A stretch of DNA of 64,000 nt from Bacteroidia bacterium (GCA_035340715.1 DAOQTX010000001.1:7894-71893), one strand, 5' to 3'. Shown: positions 1-10,138, counted from the stretch's first letter. The notes: generated from the letters alone by a model not told the origin. Made by a program: numbers and translations.

Positions 1-347
1 TTGGTGGGAGTATTTCTCCAGGAATAAAAATGAGATTTAAAGCTCTCAATGAGTTCACTGCTCAATTACCTTTGGTAGAGTCGAAAGGGAAAGTTTTTAA
101 AATTACTGGACGAAATACAACAGAATCAATAATTAGTGGTGTATTAAATGGTACCCTTGGAGAAATAGAATCCATGATCAAAACATATGAAAAACAATAT
201 CCTGATATTAGAATCGTATTAACGGGAGGCGATCACAGGATTTTTGCTGATAAACTAAAAAAGTCCATCTTTGTAGCCCCAAATTTAACGCTAAACGGCC
301 TTAATGAAATTCTGTTTTTTAATCAAAAGAACCTTGAAAAAAAGTAA
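1..347 (+). CDS. coaX: Type III pantothenate kinase (CoaX), C-terminal fragment; 5' end lies outside the window
   Basis: Frame 3 is open from base 3 (GGSISPGIKMRFKAL...). The GGxIxPGI and LTGG motifs are typical of the CoaX C-terminal half. The ORF-track ATG at 30 is internal. Confidence 0.55.
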   Translation, partial: GGSISPGIKMRFKALNEFTAQLPLVESKGKVFKITGRNTTESIISGVLNGTLGEIESMIKTYEKQYPDIRIVLTGGDHRIFADKLKKSIFVAPNLTLNGLNEILFFNQKNLEKK

Positions 348-1614
348 TCTACTCCTCACTCTGATCATAATTATAGGATCTTTTGGCAATTCGCTGGCTC
401 AATTAACCAATGTTTCTCCTTATTCTAGATATGGTATTGGAGATATTCAATTTGGCACTTTTATAACGCAGCAAACAATGGGAGGAGTTTCAAGTGCGTA
501 TCAATCACCATACAGGATTAATTTTAATAACCCTGCTTCTTATTCTTCAATAGCTGCTGCCACATTTGAAACCGGAGGTTTTGCCGAGTCCATATTTTTA
601 AAAACCAATCAGAAAAATGATGCAGCCAGCAATAGCAGTATTGGTTATCTTGGAATTGGATTTCCATTAATTAAAGAGAAAGCCGGATTGAGTTTTGGAT
701 TGGTTCCATTGAGTCAGGTAGGGTATTCAATTGAGTCCTCGCAAAGCGTAGACAGCATAGGTTCTATAAAATATACTTACAATGGAACTGGAGGAATCAA
801 TAGGGCTTACGTTGGCATTGGATATAAAATAAGCCCATCATTCAGCATTGGTTTTAATGCCGCTTATCTTTTTGGTAACCTCAGTCGTTACAGAAGTATT
901 GAATTCCCAAAAGGAACCAATTATTTTAACACCAGAAACACCAACGATCTTACTGTCAATGATGTCTATTTCAATTTTGGGGCTCAATACAAAAAAGGCT
1001 TCAATGAAAAAACAAGTTTAGTTGTAGGTTCCAACATTAGTTTAGAAAGTAATATCAACAACAAGTCAACTATTCTAAGTGAGAATTATTCTTTATCCTC
1101 CATCAACTCTCCTATTATAAAAGACACCAGTCAGTTTTTTAAGACCAAGAACAGTGATTTGGTTTTACCATTCATGTATTCATTTGGAGTGATGTTGTAT
1201 TCAGAAAAAAAGTGGGTAGCCGGAGTAGATTTCTCAATGCAAAACTGGGCCGACATAGAAGGAAGTTCTCCTCAAACCGAAAATAGCTATCAGATCAATA
1301 GTGGAATTCAATACACCCCAAAACCAGATGTTTTTGCTGCCAAGTATGTAGAAAAAATGAATTATCGTATGGGGTTACGCTATAATCACTCGTATCTTAA
1401 TCTAAACAACACAAACATTACCGATTATGGCATAAGTGTTGGAATAGGTCTACCGGTTCGAAAAGGATTTGCAGAAATGTCTATGATAAACATAGGAATT
1501 GAAGCCGGTCAGAGAGGAACAACTGATAACGCTCTTTTAAAAGAAACACATATAAAATTTTTATTTGGTGTTGTTATTAACGAAGAGTGGTTTAAAAGAA
1601 GAAAATTTGAGTAA
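304..1614 (+). CDS. Putative outer-membrane beta-barrel protein with signal peptide
   Basis: N-terminal signal peptide (LLLTLIIIIGSFGNSLAQ). Composition is rich in G/S/N/Y with alternating hydrophobic strands, as in OM barrels. Overlaps the coaX end by 44 nt. Confidence 0.4.
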   Translation: MKFCFLIKRTLKKSNLLLTLIIIIGSFGNSLAQLTNVSPYSRYGIGDIQFGTFITQQTMGGVSSAYQSPYRINFNNPASYSSIAAATFETGGFAESIFLKTNQKNDAASNSSIGYLGIGFPLIKEKAGLSFGLVPLSQVGYSIESSQSVDSIGSIKYTYNGTGGINRAYVGIGYKISPSFSIGFNAAYLFGNLSRYRSIEFPKGTNYFNTRNTNDLTVNDVYFNFGAQYKKGFNEKTSLVVGSNISLESNINNKSTILSENYSLSSINSPIIKDTSQFFKTKNSDLVLPFMYSFGVMLYSEKKWVAGVDFSMQNWADIEGSSPQTENSYQINSGIQYTPKPDVFAAKYVEKMNYRMGLRYNHSYLNLNNTNITDYGISVGIGLPVRKGFAEMSMINIGIEAGQRGTTDNALLKETHIKFLFGVVINEEWFKRRKFE

Positions 1615-1635
1615 CCAATTATATTATTAAAAAAA

Positions 1636-2931
1636 ATGAAACTTAGAATTACATTTTTATTTCTGTTGATGATTCCCTTTGTAAGCACAAAAGCTCAGGA
1701 TGGGAAATATGGAAAGGATAGTGTAGCATGTATCACTAACATTGCGTTGTTTACCGAGTATTATAAACAAGGTAATTATACCGATGCAACTGAGTTCTGG
1801 AAGAAAGTATTTAGTGATTGTCCCGCTGCACGTAAAAGCACCTATATCTACGGTGAAAACATGTATTTAAAAAGAATTGAAGCTGAAAAGGATGCAACAA
1901 AAAAACAAGGATTGATCGATACCTTAATGATGATTTACGATCAAAGAATTCAATATTATGGTGAACCGGGACCGGTAACAGGTAGAAAAGCAGTTAGCTT
2001 CTACACCTACCATCCCGATAAATTAAAAGAATCATTAAGTCTTTTTAGCAAAAGTATTGAGCTAGCCGGTAACAATAGTGAGGCAAGTGTAGTTTATCGT
2101 TATTTCCAGGTGGTAACTGAAATGTATGATAAAAAGCAAGCGGATAAAGAAATGGTACTTGAGGTGTTTGATCGAGCTTTATCCATTGCCGATCAAAATA
2201 TTTTAGACAGCGTTGACATTGAAAACTTTAGTATTGCTAAGCAAAACATAGAAGCACTGTTTGGCCCCTTTGCCACTTGTGAAGATTTAATCAGCATTTA
2301 TGGTCCAAAAGTTAAAGCGTATCCCGACAGCATTGCTTTATTAAAGACTGTTATTAATCTGTTCTCTAGAAAAGGCTGTACCGATTCTCCTCTGTATTTC
2401 AGTGCGGCTGAAAAATTATTCAAAGTAGAACCAAACGCTGCTTTTGCCAGAGAATTAGCACGAGGATATTTAAGTCAAAAGGATTATTCAAAAGCAATGT
2501 CGTTCTATACCAATGCCGTTGACCAAGAAACAAACGCCACTAAAAAATCTCAGTACTTATTGGAGATGGCTGATTTGAACTTGCGCTATTTGAAAAACTT
2601 TGGACAGGCAAGAGCTTATGCTCAAAAAGCATCCTCTATTCTACCTTCATGGGGTAAGCCTTATATTATGTTAGGTGACATTTATGCAAGTGCTGCAGGT
2701 GATTGCGGAGAAGGATTCAAATACAATGCAGTATTTTGGGCAGTGGTCGATAAATATATCAAGGCAAAAAATGTCGATGCTTCCGTAGCTTCTGAAGCCA
2801 ATACAAAAATTGCTACCTATTCGAAATATTATCCGAGCAAGGAAGATGTGTTTTTTCAAGGTTTTCAAGACGGACAATCCTATAAATTAGATTGTTGGAT
2901 TGGAGAAACTACTACAGTTAGAATTAATTAA
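1636..2931 (+). CDS. Secreted TPR-like repeat protein
   Basis: Signal peptide (FLFLLMIPFVSTKAQ). Helical repeats rich in A/L/Y/K. Conserved position between the OM protein and the LptC-like gene. Confidence 0.4.
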   Translation: MKLRITFLFLLMIPFVSTKAQDGKYGKDSVACITNIALFTEYYKQGNYTDATEFWKKVFSDCPAARKSTYIYGENMYLKRIEAEKDATKKQGLIDTLMMIYDQRIQYYGEPGPVTGRKAVSFYTYHPDKLKESLSLFSKSIELAGNNSEASVVYRYFQVVTEMYDKKQADKEMVLEVFDRALSIADQNILDSVDIENFSIAKQNIEALFGPFATCEDLISIYGPKVKAYPDSIALLKTVINLFSRKGCTDSPLYFSAAEKLFKVEPNAAFARELARGYLSQKDYSKAMSFYTNAVDQETNATKKSQYLLEMADLNLRYLKNFGQARAYAQKASSILPSWGKPYIMLGDIYASAAGDCGEGFKYNAVFWAVVDKYIKAKNVDASVASEANTKIATYSKYYPSKEDVFFQGFQDGQSYKLDCWIGETTTVRIN

Positions 2932-2956
2932 ATGTATCTTTGTTGCGGCAAGTAAC

Positions 2957-3508
2957 ATGAGTCGCAATTGGTTAAAAATATCATTAAAGGTTGGCTTGTT
3001 GCCAGCCTTTTTCATTTATGCGTGTAGCAACGATTTAGAGAAAGTTGACCAGATTTCATCTAAAAAAGAAATCCCTATTGAATCTTCTAAAAACGTAGAA
3101 GTATTATACAGCGACTCTGCGGTAGTTAAAGTTAAAGTACTTGCGCCTGAAATGGATCGCTACGTTCACCCAGAAGAGTATTTAGAGTTGCCAAAAGGTG
3201 TGCACTTAACATTTTATGATAATCAGTATCAAGCCAGTAGTACGCTTAAAGCTAATTATGCTATCAGAAAAGTTCAGGAGCAAAAAATGGAAGCAAGAGG
3301 AAATGTAGAAGTAGTCAATAACAAAAACGAAAAGCTTAATACAGAAAAGCTCATTTGGGATGAAAACAACCGAAAAATATATACAGATGCCTTTGCGAAA
3401 ATTACAACCGACAAAGAAATAATTTATGGAAACGGGTTCGAGGCGAATGAAGATTTCACACAATATCGTATCTTTAACATCAAAGGAATTATTGACCTTC
3501 CTAATTAA
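2957..3508 (+). CDS. lptC: LptC-like LPS-export periplasmic lipoprotein. Start moved to ATG 2957; the ORF track starts at 2900.
   Basis: Lipobox-like N-terminus (LLPAFFIYACSN). Its beta-rich C-terminal half resembles the LptC/OstA fold (LIWDENNRKIYTD...ITTDKEIIYGNGFEANEDFTQYRIFNIKG). The 2957 start avoids overlap with the upstream gene. Confidence 0.45.
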   Translation: MSRNWLKISLKVGLLPAFFIYACSNDLEKVDQISSKKEIPIESSKNVEVLYSDSAVVKVKVLAPEMDRYVHPEEYLELPKGVHLTFYDNQYQASSTLKANYAIRKVQEQKMEARGNVEVVNNKNEKLNTEKLIWDENNRKIYTDAFAKITTDKEIIYGNGFEANEDFTQYRIFNIKGIIDLPN

Positions 3509-3709
3509 ATGCTAAGAATATTAGAAATCAGTTGGTTGTCGTTCTCCATAATCGGTTTGATTATGGGATCGTATAAATTTTTATTCGAAGGAATGGAGTC
3601 TTCCATTTGGTTCTTTCTATTTTCCCTTATTGCCTTCATGTTTTATGTGATCAGACGAAGGCAAAGAATTGCTATGGATAGAGAAAACCATCGCAATTTA
3701 AACGGTTAA
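3509..3709 (+). CDS. Small (66 aa) two-helix membrane protein, hypothetical
   Basis: Two hydrophobic helices. Packed without gaps between the LptC-like gene (ends 3508) and the CNNM gene (starts 3711). Confidence 0.3.
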   Translation: MLRILEISWLSFSIIGLIMGSYKFLFEGMESSIWFFLFSLIAFMFYVIRRRQRIAMDRENHRNLNG

Positions 3710-3710
3710 A

Positions 3711-4994
3711 ATGCCCATGGATTATCTTTTTCTTACGCTACTTTCGATTACGCTCATTGCCTTTTTTTCTGGTGTTGAAATTGCATTTCTATCATCCAAC
3801 AAGTTTAAAATTGAATTGGATGTTACACAAAATGTGCTGTCCGCTAAAATATTGAGCCGCTTTGTAAAATCCCCCTCTCAATTCATCACTTCAATTCTGA
3901 TTGGTGTCAATATTTTCACGGTCATTTTTGGTATCTATTGTACTGCCCTCATAACGCCTGGTTTGATAAACATTCTTCCAGAAAGTTTGAGTGGTAATTT
4001 AAGCCTCCTGCTCATTCAAACCATTATTACAACCATATTTGTTCTTTTTGCAGGTGAGTTTATACCTAAGGCATTGTTTCGACTCAATCCCAATCAAGCA
4101 TTATCTGCCCTTTCAATTCCGTTGCTCATATTCTATTTTATAGCCTATCCTTTGGTACAAATTGTACTTTGGCTGGCACATTTTCTACTTAAAATTTTCT
4201 TCAACATTGAATTCAATGATGATAAACCGGCATTTGGAAGGACCGACCTCGATCATTTTATTGATGAAGTTGATCATTCTCTTGCGACTAAAGGAGAATT
4301 GAAGGATGAAATTCAAATGTTTCAGAAAGCATTGGATTTTGACCGAATCAAGGTTAGAGAATGTATGATCCCCAGGAATGATTTAGTTGCCATTGATATT
4401 GATTCATCTATAGAACAGTTAACACAACAATTTATTGATACGGGTTTATCTCGTATCCTGGTTTATAGAGATAATATTGACAACATTATAGGTTTTGTAC
4501 ACACTATTGAGTTGTTTAAAAAACCAGAATCAATTCAAGCGGTTTTATTGCCGTTAATGATTGTTCCCGAAACTATGTATGCACGAAAGCTCTTAAGTGA
4601 TTTTACACAAAATCGCAGGAGTGTTGCTGTAGTGGTTGATGAACATGGACTTACGTCCGGAATTATCACTGTAGAGGACATAATTGAAGAAATTTTTGGT
4701 GAAATTGATGATGAGTTTGATACAGAACAATTGACTGAAAAGGATTTAGGAAACAATGAATACCTCTTCAGCGGGAGATTAGAAGTACATTATTTGAATC
4801 AAAAATATGGTTTAGAATTACCAGAATCGGATGAATACCTGACTCTAGGTGGATTGGTTTTCCATTATCACGAAAATATCCCTCAATTGAGAGAATTAGT
4901 TACTCTAGGCAATTTTCAATTTTATATCATCTCGCTCAAAAACAATAGTATTGATATGTTGCGTTTAATCATTAGAGGTCAATCTGACCGCTAA
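3711..4994 (+). CDS. CNNM/CorC-HlyC family transporter (DUF21 TM domain, CBS pair, CorC_HlyC domain); hemolysin-like
   Basis: Four N-terminal TM helices, a CBS pair (MIPRNDLVAIDIDSS...ILVYRDNIDNIIGFVH) and a C-terminal CorC/HlyC transporter-associated domain. Confidence 0.75.
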   Translation: MPMDYLFLTLLSITLIAFFSGVEIAFLSSNKFKIELDVTQNVLSAKILSRFVKSPSQFITSILIGVNIFTVIFGIYCTALITPGLINILPESLSGNLSLLLIQTIITTIFVLFAGEFIPKALFRLNPNQALSALSIPLLIFYFIAYPLVQIVLWLAHFLLKIFFNIEFNDDKPAFGRTDLDHFIDEVDHSLATKGELKDEIQMFQKALDFDRIKVRECMIPRNDLVAIDIDSSIEQLTQQFIDTGLSRILVYRDNIDNIIGFVHTIELFKKPESIQAVLLPLMIVPETMYARKLLSDFTQNRRSVAVVVDEHGLTSGIITVEDIIEEIFGEIDDEFDTEQLTEKDLGNNEYLFSGRLEVHYLNQKYGLELPESDEYLTLGGLVFHYHENIPQLRELVTLGNFQFYIISLKNNSIDMLRLIIRGQSDR

Positions 4995-5085
4995 ATTATT
5001 TACAAATTCCTTTTTGAATTGTATATTCGCGGGTTCATTCCAAAATTAAAATACTCATTTACAAAAGTTTAAATAATTTTCATTT

Positions 5086-7167
5086 ATGGCCATTATAGAA
5101 AGAATTAGGAATAGGGCTGGTTTGCTCATCGGGATTATAGGTTTTAGTATCCTGGCATTTGTTATGAGCGATTTGCTTACATCCAATCGTCCATTCCTTT
5201 CAAACGATACTAGTGTTGCAGTAGTAGGAGGAGATAAAGTTAACATTCAAGATTTTGAAAACCGTGTCAATAAACTGGTTTTTAATTACAAACTGAATAG
5301 CGGAAATGAAACCGTTGATCAAAGCACAATGGATCAACTCCGAGAACAGGCATGGGCACAACTCGTGAATGATATGGTAATGGGATCGGAATATCAAAAG
5401 ATTGGTTTGAATGTAAGTGCAGATGAATTGTTTGATATGGTTCAAGGGCAAAACATTCATCCTCAGGTTCGCGAAGCATTTAAAGACCCAAATACCGGAC
5501 AGTTTAATGCCGCACAAGTCATTAATTTTTTGAAAAACATGGACAGCGATCCAACAGGAAAATCAAGAGCACAATGGGTGCTGTTTGAAAACGGAATGCG
5601 TGAAGAACGTTTGGGAGCTAAATACAATGCAATGCTTTCAGGTGGTGTTTATGTTACTTCAATCGAGTCAGAAAATTATCGATTGGCCAACGGAAGAAAG
5701 AGTACGATTAACTATGTACATGTAAACTACAACACGATTAATGACAGCGGTATAACTTTAACTGATGCTGAATTAAGAGCTGCTTACGAAGCAAATAAAA
5801 ACAAATACAAGCAAGAAAACTCTTCTCAAATTTCTTATGTAATCTATGATGTGCTTCCTTCAGCCAATGACCGTTTAAGAGCATTAGAATCGGCTAACAA
5901 GGCTGCAGAAGATTTTAGAAATACAAAAAATGATTCATTGTTTGCTGTTTCAAATAGTGATAATCCGGTAGATTTAAATTTTAAAGCTAAAGGTGATTTT
6001 GCACCTGCTATAGATTCTATAATATTTTCATTAAATACCGGAACAGTAATTGGCCCTTACGAAGAAAGTGGCTTTTATAAAGTTTCAAAAGTTATTGCGT
6101 TCAAAACAATTCCCGATTCAGTAAAAGCGCGTCATATTCTTTTTAAAGTGGATAACCCAGCGAATGATGCTATGGCCAAAGCTGCAGCTGATAGTATAAA
6201 GAACCTTATTGACAATGGTCAACCATTTGAAACATTTGCATTATTAAGCGCAGATCCTGGATCAGCACAAAAAGGTGGTGATTTAGGTTGGTTCCAAGCC
6301 GGAATGATGGTGCAGAATTTTAATGATGCTTGCTTTTATGGTAAGAAGGGTGACCTAGTGATTGTAAAAACTGAGTTTGGTTATCATATCATTAATGTAA
6401 CGGATCAAAGTAACGGTAAATTAAATGCTCAAGTTTACACAATTGACTTGGGAATTGAGGCTGGAAGTGACACCTATCAAGAAGCATTTGCACGAGCTAA
6501 CGCTTTCGCTTCGCAATACAGAACAGCCGCAGAATTTGATAAAGCAGTTACAGAACAAAAGCTGCAAATTAAAACAGCTGACTTTGTTAGAGAAACCGAT
6601 AAAACCATACCAGGTGTTGAAAGCGCTAGGGAAATAGTTCGATGGTCATATACTGGAGAAATAGGTGAAATCTCTAAAGCTTTTGAAGCGGACGACAAGT
6701 TTGTGGTAGCAAAATTAATTGACCGAAAAGAGAAAGGAATAGCAAAACTGGAACAAGTTAAACCTCAGGTAGAAGCAGAAGCTAGAAAGCAAAAGAAGTT
6801 TGAAATGATAAGTGCTAAGATGGCCGGAGGTGATATAAATACAATAGCTACAAGCATCGGAACTTCTGTTCAACAAGCCGGTGAATTAACTTTTGGATCA
6901 GGATATATACAGAATTTAGGCACGGAACCTGAAGTTGCCGGAACAGTATTTGGAATGAAAGTAGGTGAAACCTCTAAACCGATTAAAGGAAATACCGGAG
7001 TATTTATTGTTCAAGTTCACAATTTTGTTGAGGCTCCGGTTGATGGTGGAGGCATCGACAACAGAAGCACTTTATTGAGTACATTTAAACAACGCGTTCA
7101 ATACGAAGTTTCAAATGCTTTACGTGAGAAAGCAAACATAAAAGATAATCGTGGTAAGTTTTATTAG
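5086..7167 (+). CDS. ppiD: Periplasmic chaperone PpiD-like peptidyl-prolyl isomerase (SurA/parvulin family)
   Basis: N-terminal membrane anchor (LLIGIIGFSILAFVM), SurA-like chaperone region and a parvulin motif (GGDLGWFQAGMMVQNF...GYHII). Confidence 0.75.
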   Translation: MAIIERIRNRAGLLIGIIGFSILAFVMSDLLTSNRPFLSNDTSVAVVGGDKVNIQDFENRVNKLVFNYKLNSGNETVDQSTMDQLREQAWAQLVNDMVMGSEYQKIGLNVSADELFDMVQGQNIHPQVREAFKDPNTGQFNAAQVINFLKNMDSDPTGKSRAQWVLFENGMREERLGAKYNAMLSGGVYVTSIESENYRLANGRKSTINYVHVNYNTINDSGITLTDAELRAAYEANKNKYKQENSSQISYVIYDVLPSANDRLRALESANKAAEDFRNTKNDSLFAVSNSDNPVDLNFKAKGDFAPAIDSIIFSLNTGTVIGPYEESGFYKVSKVIAFKTIPDSVKARHILFKVDNPANDAMAKAAADSIKNLIDNGQPFETFALLSADPGSAQKGGDLGWFQAGMMVQNFNDACFYGKKGDLVIVKTEFGYHIINVTDQSNGKLNAQVYTIDLGIEAGSDTYQEAFARANAFASQYRTAAEFDKAVTEQKLQIKTADFVRETDKTIPGVESAREIVRWSYTGEIGEISKAFEADDKFVVAKLIDRKEKGIAKLEQVKPQVEAEARKQKKFEMISAKMAGGDINTIATSIGTSVQQAGELTFGSGYIQNLGTEPEVAGTVFGMKVGETSKPIKGNTGVFIVQVHNFVEAPVDGGGIDNRSTLLSTFKQRVQYEVSNALREKANIKDNRGKFY

Positions 7168-7186
7168 GATATAATTCTTACCCTAT

Positions 7187-7216
7187 AAAAACCACACTTC
7201 TCAGTGTGGTTTTTTA
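7187..7216. terminator. Bidirectional rho-independent terminator between convergent ppiD (+) and the gldH-like gene (-)
   Basis: Perfect hairpin AAAAACCACACT-TCTC-AGTGTGGTTTTTT, with an A-run on the left and a T-run on the right. Confidence 0.55.
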
Positions 7217-7696
7217 TTGGGCATATTCAAGTCTCATTCCGATATCTTCAATACCTAAAAGCGGATTTATCCGCATGGCCTGCATTATTTCAAATCGATA
7301 TTCCCCCAACTCTTTAAACTTAAAGCCTCGCACAAACAATGTTTGTTTTGCATATAGATCGCCTATGCCATTGCCCAGCCACTTTCCAGACTCCTCAGCC
7401 AAAATAATCTCTGCCGTGTCGCGCTGTACTATTCCCGAAGGAGTATACGTATTAATGAAAAGATATAAATTGCTGAATTTATAATCACCAACATTTCTTG
7501 TATTTAAGTACAAATGATATGATTTTGATGTATCGGGAACGTCAATTAGAAAATCTATAGATTCATTCATATCCCAGCCTTTCGCTCCAATTGCTTTATT
7601 GCTTTCAAATACTCTTTGTTGGTCGCAGGAAACAACTAGAAAAAATAAATACAATAATGTTATAAATCGTATGAAACTAAATTTCATGCTCCTCAA
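7214..7696 (-). CDS. gldH: Gliding-motility lipoprotein GldH-like (160 aa lipoprotein)
   Basis: Lipoprotein signal (LYLFFLVVSC). Its size and its position immediately downstream of PSP1/RicT and holB match the gldH neighbourhood recalled from annotated Flavobacteriia/Sphingobacteriia genomes. Call rests on synteny and memory, not a motif. Confidence 0.5.
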   Translation of the reverse strand: MRSMKFSFIRFITLLYLFFLVVSCDQQRVFESNKAIGAKGWDMNESIDFLIDVPDTSKSYHLYLNTRNVGDYKFSNLYLFINTYTPSGIVQRDTAEIILAEESGKWLGNGIGDLYAKQTLFVRGFKFKELGEYRFEIMQAMRINPLLGIEDIGMRLEYAQ

Positions 7697-8892
7697 TTCT
7701 TATCCTTCTTTTGAGAGGATGGCTTTCTAAATGAACGTTTGTTCTTATTCTTTTTTCTCTTTTTCTTTTTCTGATCCATCCTTGTCAAACTGTCTTGCCC
7801 TACTACATCGGCATATGATATTTCCACCTCTGCTTTTGATTCAGAGAATTCTTTTAAATCTTCCGGGAATTTGCTTCTACCGTTCATCTCTAAAATTTCA
7901 TTCACTCGATCGACACTCATCATAATCCATGAATCACTAGTCATGAGAGCAGCGTCTTCTCCGGAAAGCTCCCTCTTGTCATAAGCAAACCACATCAATC
8001 GTTTGAAAATGTCTGTCTTTTGGTGATAGGCATTTCCTTTTTTTGTTTTGAGCACCGTGTTTCCGGTCGGAATATCTTTCAAGGCATCCATATAACTATC
8101 CAACTCATAATTCAAACAACATTTCAACTTTCCGCATTGACCGGCTAACTTAAGCGGATTGAGCGATAAGTTTTGATAACGTGCTGCACTGGTAGATACG
8201 CCTTTAAAATCGGTGAGCCATGTACTGCAACAAAGTTCTCTTCCACAAGACCCAATGCCACCAAGACGACTGGCTTCCTGTCGCATTCCCACCTGCCTCA
8301 TCTCAATTTTTATACGAAATTCGTCAGCTAATTTTTTTATCAATTCACGAAAATCAACTCTACCATCAGCGGTGTAAAAAAATGTGGCTTTCTTTCCATC
8401 ACCTTGAAATTCAACATCACTCAACTTCATCACCAGATTTAACTTCAAAGCAATCTTCCTTGCTTTGTGCATGGTTTCGAATTCCTTATCCTTTGCCGAA
8501 TTCCATTTAGATATATCCGATTCGGATGCTTTTCTAAATATCTTTTTGACTACATCCTCATCTAAATTAACTTGTTTCTTTTTCAATTGAAGTTTCACCA
8601 AATCGCCCGTAAGCGATACCGTGCCAATATCATGTCCCGGATTACCTTCAACGGCCACTACATCGCCAGAGTCAAGCATTATTTTTTCGTGATTTCGAAA
8701 ATATTCTTTTCGACTTCCTTTAAATTGTACTTCAACGATGTCTAAATATTTCTCACCGGGATTTAAGGACATGTTCGACAGCCAATCATAAACATTTAAT
8801 TTGTTACATCCAGATGTTCCACAAGTGGAATGGTTGGAGCAGCCTTTTGGTGGCTCAGTACTTTGGTCAGTATTTTGATTTGATAAATTCAT
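7693..8892 (-). CDS. ricT: PSP1 domain protein (RicT-like, stage 0 sporulation protein YaaT family)
   Basis: Conserved PSP1 C-terminal domain region (GQCGKLKCCLNYELDSY). Cys-rich N-terminus. Confidence 0.7.
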   Translation of the reverse strand: MNLSNQNTDQSTEPPKGCSNHSTCGTSGCNKLNVYDWLSNMSLNPGEKYLDIVEVQFKGSRKEYFRNHEKIMLDSGDVVAVEGNPGHDIGTVSLTGDLVKLQLKKKQVNLDEDVVKKIFRKASESDISKWNSAKDKEFETMHKARKIALKLNLVMKLSDVEFQGDGKKATFFYTADGRVDFRELIKKLADEFRIKIEMRQVGMRQEASRLGGIGSCGRELCCSTWLTDFKGVSTSAARYQNLSLNPLKLAGQCGKLKCCLNYELDSYMDALKDIPTGNTVLKTKKGNAYHQKTDIFKRLMWFAYDKRELSGEDAALMTSDSWIMMSVDRVNEILEMNGRSKFPEDLKEFSESKAEVEISYADVVGQDSLTRMDQKKKKRKKNKNKRSFRKPSSQKKDKN

Positions 8893-8923
8893 ATGTATAA
8901 TAATACGTTAATAATTAGAAACA

Positions 8924-10060
8924 CTATCGCATTTCCAGACATTCAAATATCTTAAACGATATATGGATAAACAGGATCTTTGGATTCGCATTTCTCTCGA
9001 TCGAAGATATAGCTTTGTTTAAATATTCTACAAAGAGTGGAAGATTTTTGGCATTAACCACTTTTGCAAACTTATCGATATTTTTAAAGTGATCTTCGGT
9101 AAATCTCACCATTTCCTGCGGACCATAGTTCTTAATCATACATTCGCGTATGGTTTCTAAAGCAAATGCATAAAACAGTTTTTGGCCTTCCCTACCCCGT
9201 GCCGCAATTTCTTCGGTCATCGTTTGAAGTTCTTTGAAATTAGCAACCGGATGTAAGCAAATTCGCATCCATTGTAAAAAATATTCTTCACTCTCATTAT
9301 TAAATTCTTCTTCCAAAGCCATTGCGATAGCTTGATTCAGGTTATGAGCACTCAAATGAGCAATGTTGCGAGCTTTGACAAACTCGACTTGATAATCCTG
9401 TTGAAGGTTCTGAATAATCTCTTCGTTTTTTAATGGTGGGATTTTTATCAACTGCAATCGTGAACGAACGGTTGGTAATAGCTGTTCATAATCTTCGCTG
9501 ATTAAAATGAATATTGTTTTGTCTGGAGGCTCCTCAATAATCTTTAAAAGCTTGTTGCTAGCGTCTATTCTCATTTTCTCAGGTATCCACATCAAAATAA
9601 TTTTATAGGATCCTTCGAATGACTTCAAATTTATTTTTCGTAGAATGTCAGCACTTTCTTCTACTGATATAAACAACTGTTTGTTCTCTAGTTCAAGTAC
9701 TTTTATCCAATCGTTTAAACTGATGTATTTATTCTCCAATACCGCCTTCCTGAATGGAGCTATAAAGTCATCACTTTTCGGTTTGCTTTTTATTTCTTTA
9801 GTATTGGCCACCGGAAAACTGTATTGAATGTCTGGGTGAATCATCAATTCCGATTTCTTGCACGAATCGCATTCACCACAACTATCATTATCTAACGGCT
9901 TTCGGCACAATAAAAATTGAGCAAAGGCTCTGGCTAAAGAAAGTGCTCCAGCGCCCGGTGTTGATGCAAACAAAATACCATGTGGTACCCTGCCATTCCG
10001 AACGGAATGAACCAACTGGTCTTTCACCTTTTCATGGAAATTTATAGTATCAAATCTCAT
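8924..10060 (-). CDS. holB: DNA polymerase III delta-prime subunit
   Basis: AAA+ clamp-loader fold (HGILFASTPGAGALSLARAFAQFLLC). Zinc-module cysteines (CGECDSC). SRL-like motif (TVRSRLQ). Confidence 0.7.
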   Translation of the reverse strand: MRFDTINFHEKVKDQLVHSVRNGRVPHGILFASTPGAGALSLARAFAQFLLCRKPLDNDSCGECDSCKKSELMIHPDIQYSFPVANTKEIKSKPKSDDFIAPFRKAVLENKYISLNDWIKVLELENKQLFISVEESADILRKINLKSFEGSYKIILMWIPEKMRIDASNKLLKIIEEPPDKTIFILISEDYEQLLPTVRSRLQLIKIPPLKNEEIIQNLQQDYQVEFVKARNIAHLSAHNLNQAIAMALEEEFNNESEEYFLQWMRICLHPVANFKELQTMTEEIAARGREGQKLFYAFALETIRECMIKNYGPQEMVRFTEDHFKNIDKFAKVVNAKNLPLFVEYLNKAISSIERNANPKILFIHISFKIFECLEMR

Positions 10061-10138
10061 TCCGACAAAGATAGCATATTGAACAGGCTAAGTTGTCCCA
10101 TTAGATAGATTATTCTGATCATTTGAATCAAAAAGATA

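Noticed and set aside
2900-2956. Upstream start (2900) for the LptC-like gene, and TTG starts proposed by the ORF track at 26423, 55077, 58066 and 60234
   Set aside because: In each case an in-frame ATG a few codons downstream (2957, 26429, 55080, 58078, 60249) removes the overlap with the upstream gene and gives a more typical N-terminus. The TTG and upstream starts cannot be excluded without experimental data.
5055-5517. Minus-strand ORFs 5055..5246, 5200..5517 and 5282..5479
   Set aside because: Antisense overlaps of the ppiD-like gene start. No signal or motif.
7731-8510. Plus-strand ORFs 7731..7925 and 8220..8510
   Set aside because: Antisense to the PSP1/RicT gene.
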